DNA of 64,000 bases from Lingula anatina (taxonomy: Eukaryota; Animalia; Brachiopoda): assembly GCA_051362555.1 (NCBI GenBank), contig CM120648.1:7870587-7934586 (forward strand), written 5' to 3'. Positions 38,801 to 52,204 of the stretch are shown here, one piece after another. A program made the translations under genes and the position numbers. Numbering within the stretch: position 1 is the stretch's first letter; each line of letters starts with the position of its first letter. A model generated the notes under the pieces. That model was not told the DNA's origin. It saw only the letters and a list, made by a program, of their open reading frames with translations, and made no database searches.

Positions 38801-41102
38801 CCCTACCCCACCCAGCAAGAATACACTATAATAATAAAGACAAAGACTTTATTTTCTCATTAACATGACACACATGTGACTTAGATCTTGGTAGATATTG
38901 TCATAGGGGAGACAACTGTTCTGAAAAAAAATAGGTTATTTAGATATTGGTGAGGTTTTTGGTCCAACTTGTGAAAACTCCTTAGACTTATTTCACAATA
39001 AATGAGCTTAAGGTTGAAACTGAAGTTAACTACTATAAAAGCCGTGATTTGTGATCTAAGGTATGAGATGGGCTTTAATTTTTAGATACAAGGTTTATGA
39101 CACCCAGGAAAAAATGACTTGAAATTTGTCTCTACTGCCTATCTGCTTACGGTCCTGCTTAGTTTTTGTTTTTTAAAAGTTTTTTTTTAATTGTTGTACA
39201 CAAGTGTTTCTGATTTTTTTTCTGCAGAGATGGCTTTTTATTTTTTGACACAAACCATATTCAGTAAGATGTTTTTTCAAGGAAATATAAACTAAAAACT
39301 ATTTGTTTTGTCAGGTTTGTGAACGTGCTGGATGTTTGGCATTTACATTCTTGTCACAGCTTTTTTTTTTTTTTTTTTTTTTTCCAAACAACAAAGTTTC
39401 CAGTAGAATTTAATTTCTGGTGTCATTTTAAATCAGAGGAAACGTATTCTTTTCTAAGTCTACATGTCATGGAGTTATTCTGTAACAAAGTGAGTGTCTC
39501 TTTCCATGCAATGAGATCAGGATCTTCATAAGTCGGAGGAACAGAAAACATGTATATTATTCAGAAAGGTTGCCTGAAGTCTCATAACTACAGTATGGGT
39601 TTACAAGGAGTTTCTCTTATGGCGTTTTACAATCCTTTTCTAGAGTGATCAGTGTACACCATTTTGCTGTAGTCGTGCATGCTTAAATTATTTGATGTAA
39701 GTGAGAGTGAATTCTGACACAGAGAAAAACCAGAACTGGTTTGGGGCTAAATGACATCACCAGACTACCAAATTCTAAGACCAATATCTTGTAGTCTCTG
39801 TCTAGTGGGAAATTCTCAGTAGCCCACTCTGCAAACTGCATTCCATCATTTTTAAGTCTGACTCGGCTAGACTGTTAGCAAGAGTTCATGAATTGCTAAC
39901 CAAACATTTTATAGGTTGCTAATTGGTATGTTGGCGTTTAAGTTCAAAATTCTTGTTTACAATAATTAACCATAATTTTAAATATTTTAACCAGTTTATT
40001 GTGGTATGTCATGCTCTAGAAGATGTACATTAATTTCTACAAGCTGGAAAGAAATATATTTAAAGGCGGATGTAGTATGTCATTAGTGTTTACATAGATA
40101 TAAGATGATGTAAGATATTCTTGAAGCTCTTTTGCTTGGATTGATAGGTCTTTGAAAGTGATGAAGCAAATAGCTGTTTATTATGTATAGTTGTATATTT
40201 TTCTTACACCTATGAAGTGGGTCATGTTGTTGATAGTGTTAATTGGTCGCAGAGAATAATTTTAATTCGGCGTATTTACAAGTTTCAAATTAGTAATATG
40301 TCCAATACTTTCCTGATCTGCCCATTTCATTGTTTTGAAAAAAAATCAGTGTATAAGAAGTATAACATATAAAATGTACCAGTTTGAATTTAAAAAATAC
40401 TGGCTGGTTGTTACCTCAGTTTTTGTTTGGTAACACGCATTTTGCTTCTGGTGTTATTAGACATATTAACTATTAATGGTGCATGTTCTGTTATAATTAT
40501 GAAACTGATCAGCTTATTATATTCTCTCAAAGTTACTGTAAGAGCTTTAGTTTAATTATCTTTAAAAGCCAGGAAAGTATTTGAATTTAATTTTTATTAA
40601 TTTTAACTTATGCTCTTTTTTACTATACTGCATTGTATCTGTTGTCAGTCAGAATGATAAAAGTTATCTGAACACTTCAAAAATTTTTCATGCAATTTTG
40701 AGGTTGAGTATATATATATATATGTATCGGAGTACAATTGAAAATTTGTTGTTCGTGACTCGATTTATTGATTGGACTGTGGTTAATACAAATAATTTTA
40801 TTTATAATTTTGTATAGTTTAACTGTGAAAGTAAAAAGGAATTTAAGCCCCAAATATATCAGATTTTTAAGTCATCTTAAAAATATTTTTGTTCCCAAAG
40901 AACGACATCTTGTATATTGGTATTAATAGACAAACGGTTACATTTTTTTCACTTGAGAATGAACACATTGTGGTCTGTCAGATTGGTAGGTACTACTCAT
41001 TATGGCCAAGTAAGATATGAAGTAGTGAGAGTGTGAGACTTAAACATTCATCCTTTACCTACAAATAGTTTTTTTTACAAAAAAGTATTTCAGCAGCACA
41101 TC

Positions 41103-41812
41103 CACTCAGAGTAACCCCAAGTGACGTTCTGGTTTCTTTCCAAAAGGTGGGTTTTTAACACATTGTTCACAAATATGTCACTGGGACTGTGACAGCATTA
41201 TGTAAAAGGTACCAGTGTATTACTGTAGGTCCTTCGAGTTCCCACAAGACACTGCTGCACATGCAACAAAAAAATGTACGCAAAATGTTTTGTTTTTTTT
41301 TTCCCAATTTAAAATTGAAATCTGATAACATTTTCTGTTGGCAATTTTCTACCCAAAAACAGCCCCAGAACCCTGCTTAAAGGGCCATAGCATCATTTTC
41401 TCGCATTTATTCTTTAAATGTCTCCATAAAACCCAAAACTATCCGAAAGTGACATCAAAACTACTGCCAGTAGTGAACATAAAAAAATTATTGGAGATGC
41501 CAATTTCAACTTTCTTTTTCACTTCCATACAACTTTGTATTTCTTAGGAACCATTACCAAAACTGTACTAGCATGATCAATCTATCGCCTAGGGGATTCG
41601 CACTAAATTGCATTCAGTTAAGTGTGCACAAAAGTTAATTACCCCCCTAGCAGCTTCACCGGGCGTGACAGATATTTAAGCCACTTAAACTGAATGCAAT
41701 TTAGCAGGAATCCCCTCAAAGTTAGATCAATCCAACTAGTATATCAGGTTTATGGGAACCCAGTTTTACAGTTCAAAACTAAAGACTGGTGCAACTGGGG
41801 TTACTCTGAATG
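41103..41812. mobile_element. TIR element (about 710 bp) containing a nested family-B-like copy (about 41546-41766)
   Basis: CACTCAGAGTAACCCCA / TGGGGTTACTCTGAATG inverted ends; the inner element has AATTACCCCC, GACAGATATTTAAGCC and a TGGGAACCCAGT end as in family B. Confidence 0.6.
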
Positions 41813-43060
41813 TAGACAGATGTTACCAGCATCTTAAGATGACAAGTTTTTTCTCCTCTTAGCCTACAGTAGTATTGGTGGGCGAGAAAATTCAACTGAT
41901 GTCAAAGCTATTATAACTTAAATGGTTTGTTAGGTACCATTGAAGACTGTAAACCGAAAAAAAATTATATATAAACAGTAACAGATAAGGCATGTGCAAA
42001 TTCTGATACATAGTATGTTTGCTATTAGTTGCAACTTTTGTCGTTTTTTGATAGATATATATATATGTGTCCAAAAGGAAGATTATGTTGTCAAGTGATA
42101 ACAGTGATATTTGAACTGCATTAAATGGATTTGTAATTAAATGTCTTAATGGTTGTAACTATGAAAATTAATTATCAATTATCAATTCATATTTCTTAAG
42201 AATTCATTCCCCAGAATAAATGCATTGATTTCATAAGCAAAAAAAATATAACACAAGACTTTCATTTCTTTTAAAAAAATCTCATTTTTCTTCTGATATT
42301 ACGGAATACAAAATTGTGAAGATAAATCAAAAGCAGAACACAGACCACACTAGAAACAGTGAGTACAAACTGAAAGACGTATTGAAGTTTTCAAAAATTT
42401 CAGCCAAATCAAACTCATTTTCATATTTTCTTATCATTGACAACCCTTCTGTCAGAGGAAACTCTTACATCATGTATCAACCAAACAAAAAAAGTTCTGC
42501 AGAGACCTTGCGGTACAACACAAAATCCTATTGTCTTTTTGTGGCCATAAAGTTCAACAACAACCAGTTTTCTTTCTCCTAGGCTGCTTCATAAGGCAAA
42601 CAAGTATTATATTAACTTTTGCTTAACTTTTCAATTCTATTATACACAGATGGTCTTGTACAGGGTTACTAGTACCAGCACACTGATGCAAAGTTAATTA
42701 TATAATCATCAAACGAAGGAATAAACATTGAGTGTTGTCTGTTTGAGACCCTCCGAACAGAATTCAGAAGTAGATGAAGGGGAGTTAACCTTAAAAACAA
42801 CATAACTGATTGATTTACTGTTCTCTGAAGATTCTCTGTCACATCGAGGCAGAATAAAAAAGAATAGGAATAAGACTTTTCCATCAATTTTGAATCCCCC
42901 CTTCCCTCCCCCCCCCAAAAAAAAGAAAAAATGTTCTTTATGCCAAAAGCAAAAATTAATTTACATTCTCCTAGAGCTGATAAATATCCCATCTCTCCCC
43001 ACCTACAAGTTCCCTCCAACCTCTTAATTTTAATTGAGAAACAAACAGTAGTCCTTTGAA

Positions 43061-44837
43061 TTAATAAAAGTTATCAAGTGTGTATTCATACTGCTCTCTG
43101 CCCCATGGTATTCTCTGAGATAATCCTGCATCTATGAAGTACCATCCCTTCTGATCTCCTCTTGTCCCCTGGTAGTACTTGACTAATTTACGTAGCTGAC
43201 TGGAAGACAGAAAGAAAAAAAAAAAAAAGTAAGCAGTGAGTCAGAGAGGTTATACTGCCTCCTGGGTATGTACCACCAACTGGTTTGTGCACACAATAGG
43301 GATAATACCCCCCCCCCCCCCCCCCCCGAGAAAATTTGTCTCATTGAATGTTCACTTACAGTTCTCAATCTGTCTTAGAACATTATGCTTTTCTCTTTTA
43401 ATGAAAAATGTTCTTAATCTGTTCTAGGACATTCTGAAGGACCTCCCAAAACTGTTACATTCATTACAGAACAACATTAGAAATGTTAAAAAAACACACC
43501 AAATTTCTAGAATAGATTAAGAATCGTAAGTGAACGTTAAATGAGGCAAATTTTCGCAGGGGAATACAATTATCAAAAAATACAATGGCTGACACACCCA
43601 TGAAATTGGACCTATTGACCAGAAGCTGAGGTAGCAAAAGATGAAACACCAAGGTATTGGAGACATTTCACAATGCATTTTGAAAAATTGTGACAAAGTT
43701 GCATTGCGCTATGACAGTGAAATAACCCAACTCCTCTTTTCAACTGAGCTGCATGAAATTGGGAGTTTTTCAATACTGAACAAATTACCCGCTGGGCCAC
43801 AATAAGAATAAGTAAATGCTAATCTTTACCGTTCACGATCCCGCTTCAAAGTCCAATATATAACACTTAAGCTTCTTTCATATACTTTCTCTGGTGGGTT
43901 AAACATGTATTTCACCATCCAGCGACTAATGGGATGCTAAAAGTAAAATCAAGAAATTCAATGTTATTGACTGATAGTGATATGGCAGATGCACACCCAC
44001 ACATGCACACTATACAAATACTGATTGCTATCATACGTCATATAACAAAGGGTCATGGATCCAATTTATTCTTCTGGTCGACAGATCAAATATGACGGAA
44101 CCTGCATAAAAGCAAGACCGCCTAATCCCTTTATGGTCTCCCTGCCTCCACCCCATTCCCCCTAGATGGGTGTAGCGATTAAACCTCGAAGCCTAAATTT
44201 AATCGATTGGGAGGCTAGGAGACCATTTAAGGATTAGGCTGTCTTCCTTTCATGTAGGGTCCGCCATACAGGATCCGTGGACCAGTAGATCTGAGGACCA
44301 TCTGTTCTAAATATGACCTTATTGTTTTGTAAAAAATATCTAAAAGAAAAACACAAAACAGATTTCATCCATTCAGATCCTTCTACTCTATGCACCACCA
44401 AGCCCTTCATTTAATCCCCAGAACTGCATTGCGTTTAACTAATCCGTTTCACATGTAAACACTGGCCTAAAAATAACTGCCAGTCAACTTGTGTAAACTT
44501 TTTCTCTAAGCATGTAGATTTTTTTTTTTTTTAACCCAGGTGACCCGAACAACCAGCAAAAAAAAAAAAAAAAACTTCGCACATGACTGCATTCAACTTC
44601 TAAAAGTATACAAAAAAATCACTTACTTTAAAATATTCATATTCCTCGGGGCAGTAACCCTCTGGTATTTCCTCCAGCTTGGCTTCCCCTAAAGAGACAC
44701 AAAAGTACACATTTTGATTTCGATTACATTACGGTAAATAGTATTTCAACTCTCAGATAACAAACCTCACAGTCGCTTCATAAAAAGAAAATGCACTCAT
44801 CTCAATCAGTTATTCCTAGGCCTCCTTATATGACTTA

Positions 44838-44900
<63 letters not shown>

Positions 44901-46888
44901 AAAGTTTTGAACCTGATCTGAGGTCAAGTTGTTTTGCATACCTCAAAAAAATTAATCTTCTTTTTTTTTTTTTTTAGTTTTCAGTCACTTACCTTGCTAT
45001 TGAACTATCATTGACAATAATATTTCTGTATTTCACATTGTACAAGATTCAAGTTAAGCAGGGTTTTTATAAATAAAATTGATATTATCACTATTCAAAG
45101 TACGTTCATGTGTTAAATGGGGGAAGGGGAGAAAGGGATAAAATTTCATACCACATACTTACCAACAAATATATTTGCATACAATGCAATACCAGTAAGG
45201 GGTATGAATCCAACAAAGAACCAAAATTGCTGGAAAAGAAAAATACTAAATTCTTAGAGCACATTCATTCTGAAACCATTGGTCTACACAGATCCATTTT
45301 ACACAGCAGGAACCCTCGCTAAATGCAATCAGTTTAAGAGATTAACACGCCTCCTTCTGGCATTAAGTAGAACAGAGAGAAGCTGGTGATTATACGAGTA
45401 CGCTGGAAACAAGAGGAGGAATTTGGAATCCATTTTTTAATTTGTTACCAAAACACTGCCACAGCTGATAAAAAGTTTTTCTTTATCTCTAGCCTTGAGA
45501 TATATATATAGTATCTTATTAGTATAAAATGTGTAACTGTTTCGCAAAGTCGCTGAATACCGAATGGTAATAGTGTATAATAAAAGTAAAAAGTAGTCAA
45601 ATACAGGCACAATATACAGAGCCAGTCCCTGCAACTGACCAATCCAAGGCATAGAATTCTACAAGAGGTATAACAATATTTCAAGTTACAACTACCATAA
45701 ACATTTGATTTGGAGCCAATTATGAAACACAATTGGTAGTTGGGCCACCCATCAAGCCTGGGAAAAGCCAAATTCAACATTTATGATACTGCATACAATG
45801 ACAGTGGGTAAAGAGTGCCATTTATGTAGCAGGTCCAAAGGCAAGGGGTGTTTGGAGGGGGGGGGGAGAAAATCTGGCTTCATGCCTGTAAAACTCACTT
45901 ACCATATCATTCCATAAGGCCTTAGTAAGGTATTGGCCTTCTCTCACATTCATTACCCTACCATGACCCCACCTTGCACACTGGACTTCTGTGAAAAAAA
46001 TCAATAATTTTAAAAACAGTTTTATAATGTGATTGACAGTGACACAACAGTACTAACTATAAGGCTATGAAGATCTCTTAACTTATCTTCACCTTTCACT
46101 GCTATCTAGTTCTTTTAGCCCTTTACCTGGAGAACATGTACTGGAGGGATTCACCAGGTAGTTTACATTTGACAGATCTTCACCAAATTTGTTCAGCAAA
46201 TAATTTCCATTTGATCCTGATTTTTTATTGCACAGGATTAGGAGTTTCACTTCACAAACTGTCTTGAATTAGTCCAATTTATGGTCAATTTCGCAAAAAC
46301 TTGCTGCTAGTAATTTTTTTATTTTTAAATTTTTTTTATCATTATTTTATTGCTTTATTTATTTAATTAAAACCTTTACCAAAGAGAAAAATCATTATTT
46401 ATCATTTATTAAATATTCATGTTATTATCATTTAGACCTATTAATTTAACTCCACTTGTCTGTTTGTTTTACCAGCCTAAGTTCGCAAAGTTATGGGTAG
46501 ATTTTGATTAAATCATTTAAATTATCAGAATAGGTCACATGTGGAGGACTTACTTAAAAGAATTTTAGTTTAAAGATTCCTTAATAAATAATGATGGTTC
46601 ATTATTATAACAGTGTAGTACTTGGCTGTGGCATTTTATGGTAATTTAATTTTTGAGAGTTTTAGTGAAATAAAATCAAGATGACCGACTCGATCATCAA
46701 TGCAAGGTCGTAACTTGCCCTAAGGATTTAAACAATCTGCAGCCAATGCCCATCTAATTACAGATTTATTAATTTAAAACATGGGCTTACATACCTGGAG
46801 ACTTAGGCAAAAGAGACAGAGACTGTCGCAGAAGAGATGACTGAGGCCTGTAAAGGCAAAGCTTTGCACAGCGGCCAATGGCAGCCAT
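43061..46888 (-). CDS. NDUFB5: NADH dehydrogenase 1 beta subcomplex subunit 5 (SGDH), 184 aa
   Basis: Exons 46888-46795, 45988-45903, 45229-45163, 44688-44627, 43936-43830 and 43199-43061 (555 nt). Basic mitochondrial presequence, one TM (FWFFVGFIPLTGIALYANIFVG), then [26 protein letters not shown] and RGDQKGWYF, which are NDUFB5 hallmarks. Confidence 0.92.
44050..44318. mobile_element. Degenerate family-A-related MITE in an NDUFB5 intron
   Basis: AAAGCAAGACCGCCTAATCCC...GGTCTCCCTGCCTCC / GGAGGCTAGGAGACC...GGATTAGGC arms; similar to 56688-56976. Confidence 0.65.
44838..44899. repeat. (AAT)n microsatellite
   Basis: Read directly. Another at about 7049-7080. Confidence 0.96.
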
Positions 46889-47129
46889 TTCCTTGCCTCC
46901 GCTAGAGGGCAGGATCGTGCAGCTTTTACTACCCCGCAGTAGTTAAGGGTATTCTTCATTGTTTTGGCATATTTTAGCCCAAATTCTTTATATAAAGTTT
47001 AAAAATAATATCTGTCAACATAATACTTAAATAATTATTGCTGTAATATCGAAATATTTTTAAATAATCCATAATTGTTTAAAGTTGATCCCGCAGCCAA
47101 CTGAGTATTTTCCTGAGTCGCCATCCAAA
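46889..47129. promoter_or_regulatory. Compact bidirectional promoter between NDUFB5 and SPAG7
   Basis: Divergent start codons separated by only 241 nt. Confidence 0.7.
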
Positions 47130-50100
47130 ATGGATCTTTTAGGGTCTATTTTAGATACCATGGAAAAGCCGCCGGGCATGGCGGACGAGGAGAAGAAAAA
47201 AGTGAAAGGTATGGGCTTTTGACTCACTTAATCTTATAAAACTGAACTTGTACATGCATGTAGTCATACCAATAATAATGGCAACTTTTTTATCCATCAG
47301 ATGAGGGTCCCATTGGGGGTGGTGGGGTGGGGTAGTGATCACACTTTACGGGGGGAATAAAATCATCAGTTCATAAAATAAAAATCAATTGAACTTAATT
47401 CAGATCTCACTGATAATGCAAGTTGAAAATCCTGAAAGTCGGGAAGCACAGAGTATAATGATTTCGTTGCGTGAAGGGCAAAGAATAACAAGCTGCATTC
47501 ATGCATCAGAGAAATGGGGTGCTTCACTCATCACGCTAGGTATCAAACCAGCAGGTATATAGTATGAGGTATCTCTAGAACAGTATGATTGTGCATAAAC
47601 ATATATTGATATAGATATATCTCATTATATTTTAACAGCTCAGAAAGCCAAACTTGAAAAGATACAGCAAGCAGAAAAGCAAAAGATGAAAGCTTTTAAA
47701 GAAAAGGTTGGTCCAGTTTGACTTTTTACTATATTTCATTGTCATTGCTTCAAAGATACATAAGAAATGAGAGTACGTTCCTAATGACATATATACTATT
47801 TATCTGTATCAGTTGCTTATATACACAATACAAATGAAGTCCTATTGAGTGGTAACAACAAAAGGAAAATGCTGATTATTCTATAGTTTTATTCAATGCA
47901 GCAAAAGCACCTGTATGCTATATAGAAATATAAAATATATAAGTATAGGAATTTTATATACTGTTAAACCTAATGTTTTTCTTTTGTAGATACAGGCCCG
48001 TATAAATGCTTTCATCAAGGATGATACAAAGCAAAATTACAAATTTGAAAGTATGGAAAAAGTCTATAGGGCAACAGTGTAAGCAGACATGTCAAAGAAA
48101 AGTTATGAGTTTGATATGATAATTTGTATTTATTCTTTTTAGTTTTCTTGAACATTTTGATTTCTTTCTCCATTATAAAACCCATTCAGTTTTTATTTTT
48201 AATTTTCTATTTTTTTATTTATTTTTTTTTTATTTGTAATTCTTATGCTAGCATTTCCACTTATTAACCAAAATGCTAGAAATAAAAATCTTTGGAAAAA
48301 GTTATTTAGAAATACTGCATACTAGTAGTATTACTTGGATTTTTTCAGTTTATTGTTGATTTAGCCAACACCAAAATATGTATGTAATTGTTCAAATGTA
48401 GGAATTGTTGAAACAAAAAAAAGAGAGGTCCGTCTTTCTCTTTAACACACTGCATCTTAATTGATTTAAACATTTAAGATACTCAGATCACATACTACCA
48501 GTACCTGTATTATAATTTTCTACTTCATACTTGCTTCTTAAATCATGAAAACATTTTTATTTCCAGCCATGAAATAGCTGATGTTGCTGGTCTGACTTCT
48601 TTTTCATTTGGACAGGATGAGTTGGACAGATATGTGATGCTTTGGAAAAAGGTGTTTAATATCCTGACACATTACGTCTATGCTTATGATATCTACTTAA
48701 TGTCCCCTTCTTCACAGTTTTTTCTCTTAAACTTAAGTCTGAAATCTATTTCTTACCAGTGGTTTTCCACCTTAAGCGGCCCCAGATCAGCAGCCATATG
48801 GCCACTGAAATGGACTACCTGAGACTGGGTTCCCACAGATTTAGATCGATCCATCTGGGGATTCACGCTAAATTGCTGTCAGGACAGACATTTAAGCCGG
48901 AAATAGTAGGCGGGACAGACATTTAAGCCGGCTAAGCTGATAGCAATCTAGTGAGACTCCCCACGGGGATAGATCGATCTAAAAATCTGTGGGAATGCAG
49001 TCTAAGAATCAATTTATTTATTTATTGATTAAGAATAATTAGAATTGAGCTCCTTTGCCTGAGATCTCAGCTCTCTGTGTTTTTCAAGTTACTTTTTGTT
49101 TTTCTTGTCAGGAGTTTGCGCCATCTGATGAGGAGATTCTTGCCTACAGAAATGGAGAAGAGTGGGATCCAGAGAAAGCAAAACAAGCTAAAGTTTTAGA
49201 AGTATGTGTTTCTTATCCAGTTCTTGAAACAAAACAGTTGTCATAATCAATTTGATACAAAACAAGCTAAAGTTTTAGAAGTATGTGTTTTTTATCCAGT
49301 TCTTGAAACAAAACAGTTGTCATAATCAATTTTATACAAAACAAGCTTCCTTGCAAACTTTCTAGAAAGATAGGCCTGACAGAAAGGTTTTAAAGGTATA
49401 TAGTTTTACAGTTTTTCCAAATGTTGTACCCATAACTAAAACAAAAATAATAGGTTGTCAGAAGTAAGTGTTATTAAGATCAAAGTGTAATACCAATGCC
49501 CCTTGCCCACTGGCAAGTTTAGAGAGGTTTAGACATACTTGGTTTGAGTACAAGATTTATAAACCCTCTGAATAAATAATAGGCAAAGTATCCCTAATTT
49601 CTATTATGAAAAGTTAAATCTAAAAACAGGATTTCATATTTGCTGGTTTTACACACACACACTTATATATATGTGCAATTTTTGCACTGCAGGAACAATA
49701 CAAGTTAGAAGAGGCCAAGAGGAAACCCGACACATCAAAACCACAGACTAACTATAAAGATAAATATGAGCACTTGATTGGGAAAGCCTCAGCGAAAGAT
49801 GCCGCCAAAATTACCCTGGCAAATAAATCATATGGATTTGGTAAGGTTATTTAATGAATAATCAAAAAATCTCTTTTAAATTCACAATATTACTAACTTT
49901 GCTATAGAAATTTAGTTTTAAAAGGTTTAGAAGATTGGAGTTGCTGGTGAATGTTTCTTTTTCCAATGATTTTTTGATTATAATGATTTGTATGTGTAAT
50001 TATTTCATAACATATGAACAAATAATATGCTTATATAGGAATTATCCTAATTCAAAGTTCTTCATGATTATTCTTTTGTGTACTTCAGAGTGTGAATGAA

Positions 50101-50334
50101 GTGTATTTTTGTTTCATTTTTTTAGTTCCAAGTGAAAACAAAAGAGACCAGCGCACAATAGAACAAGTGATGGCAGATAGCAGAGCCAAGAAAAAATTGA
50201 AAACTGATCATTTTCCAAGTGACCTTCATACAACTGAAAGTCAAGGTCATTCAGCAATCAGAAATCAAGGTGAAGGTCATTTGGAAAATCAAGACATTGA
50301 CTCAAAAAATAAAACAAAGAGCTCACAAAGCTGA
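47130..50334 (+). CDS. SPAG7: Sperm-associated antigen 7 homolog (R3H domain), 255 aa
   Basis: Exons 47130-47208, 47639-47706, 47990-48078, 48567-48651, 49112-49201, 49693-49840 and 50126-50334 (768 nt). Sequence includes [34 protein letters not shown] (R3H), [30 protein letters not shown] and [10 protein letters not shown]. Confidence 0.96.
48823..49002. mobile_element. MITE family B copy in a SPAG7 intron
   Basis: GACTGGGTTCCCACAGATTTAGATCGAT...AATCTGTGGGAATGCAGTC; flanks TGA/TAA. Confidence 0.8.
49180..49347 (+). repeat. 79-bp tandem duplication spanning a SPAG7 exon end and splice donor
   Basis: AAAACAAGCTAAAGTTTTAGAAGTATGTGTTT.TTATCCAGTTCTTGAAACAAAACAGTTGTCATAATCAATTT.ATAC occurs twice, plus a partial third copy. 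Confidence 0.93.
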
Positions 50335-51090
50335 TATTAAGACACTGATTTCATTTTAAACAAATTGGAAATTGACTTTGAAAATGGCCAGGTATTTGAT
50401 AATTCATACTTTATATAAAATGAAAAATACTGTCAGTTGTGCCAATACACTGGCATACAGAATTCTTTATTAGTGCCTAAAACAATCTGTTGTGGCTTTA
50501 GAAAATTAAAAGATATTTAGTATTTTACATTTTTGACACTGCTGTTATATAAAATGGTGATTTGACTGAAGCAAAAACAGCTGTATTGAAATTTGCTTAT
50601 TGGAATCAGTAGAATTGCTATCTATTTTGATTATGTTTACTAAAGTTGAATTTTGAATCTTAAAAAGAAATCACAAAAAGCTACAATTGAAGTGTAGGTT
50701 TGCACATTTATATCAGAAGAGGCAGAAAAACATAGGCCCACACACCTAAATAAAAGCTGCACAATGTCACTACGGTTGTTGCCTACACAGTAAGTGTATT
50801 TGCATACAACAACTTATTAAATTGATACTTACAAATTTAGTACATAAGGCTCATACTACAGTATTTTACCCCTGCAACGCATTTCCCTCCATTCATGCGT
50901 TATCTTAAAAAGGACTCCCAAACTTCAATTTTAACGTGTAAAACCAATTACTCGCCGACTTTGATATCTTTAATTAACACTCTAAAAACAAAGACATCAG
51001 AAAGCTTCCTAGATATGTTGAAGAACCTTCAAATTACGCTAAAACATTTCACATGGCCTATGTACTAGTACTCGTATATTAAGGATCTAT

Positions 51091-51305
51091 GGCTGTATTC
51101 CCAGAGCTTTTAGATCGATCTATCCCCGCGGGGAGTCTCACTAGATTACTGTCAGATAATCCGGCTTAAATATCCGTCCCGCCTACTACAAGCTGAAAGG
51201 GGGTAATTAACTTTCGTGTCCGCCCGGCTGACAGCTATTTAGCGTGAACCCCCAGGGAGTTAGGTCGATCTAAAGTAGATCGATCTAATCTCTGGAAATG
51301 GGGTC
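51091..51305. mobile_element. MITE family B copy
   Basis: GGCTGTATTCCCAGAG...CTCTGGAAATGGGGTC flanked by TAT on both sides; interior GGGAGTCTCACTAGATTACTGTCAG identical to 14588-14804. Confidence 0.8.
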
Positions 51306-52204
51306 TATGACATGCTTGTCTGCGCAGCAGGTGAAAATTAAACCCGCTTAAACAACCGCAGAAAAATATAAAATTAATCACTTTCCTTCTTTCTGTGTTG
51401 TATTTTTGTACGCCGTAACATTTCTGATGGTTGGATGGGCGATTAAGTTTGTCAATTACGTTAATTTTGAATCTTCAAACGTTGGATCACTGTACATACA
51501 TCCCCCTGTTAATCTGGCTTTTTCAACCTACTTTGAAGTGGTCATCCAAGTCGAGAATATAATTATTTGTTTGTCGTTCTTATTTTACCCATAGGTCTCT
51601 TTACGGCTTATACATATTTGTTCGACCTAATACCTCAGTTTCTATATCGCGTGGATTGTTTCGGAAATAATCAGCTAATGGGGTCTTTCACCTGTGGGGC
51701 TACTCGTGCATTTAGTACAAAATGAAAAATGATTCGATGCGTACCTGCTGCATCTATTTGGTAAATGTGTTTATCTCATTTAAAATGCCCCCTTGAACAA
51801 GAGAATACAATGGGCTCTGCGCTTGCGACAGGTAATATGGCAGGTCTGGGTGCGTGTCCATTTTGTCAAATATATCGTGATGATAACATCTTGATACATT
51901 TTATGAAAAAAAGGAAAATGTGACAGGATTTATGGAGAAGACAGTATTTTATAGGTTTACTTTCTATCAGTACATGAAATGTATCTGTCAATCAAAAACA
52001 GAAGTCTACAGAACAGCAGCAATGAATGTGAATGGTGGAATCTTGTAGGCTAATGAAAATTTGTCTGCACACCCCTTTGGCTTTAAAATGCACAGGAATT
52101 GGCTGGAGTCGCACATCTGTTGTTCTGCCACATTAAAGACTTCTTTTGAGACTATCTTTTGAGTGCATGCTATAGGCATTGTCACATTTTCTTAGTTCAC
52201 CGAT

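Noticed and set aside
38801-43060. Possible additional gene between PDE6D and NDUFB5
   Set aside because: AT-rich sequence with no phase-consistent exon chain found; most likely 3' UTRs, intergenic DNA and repeats.
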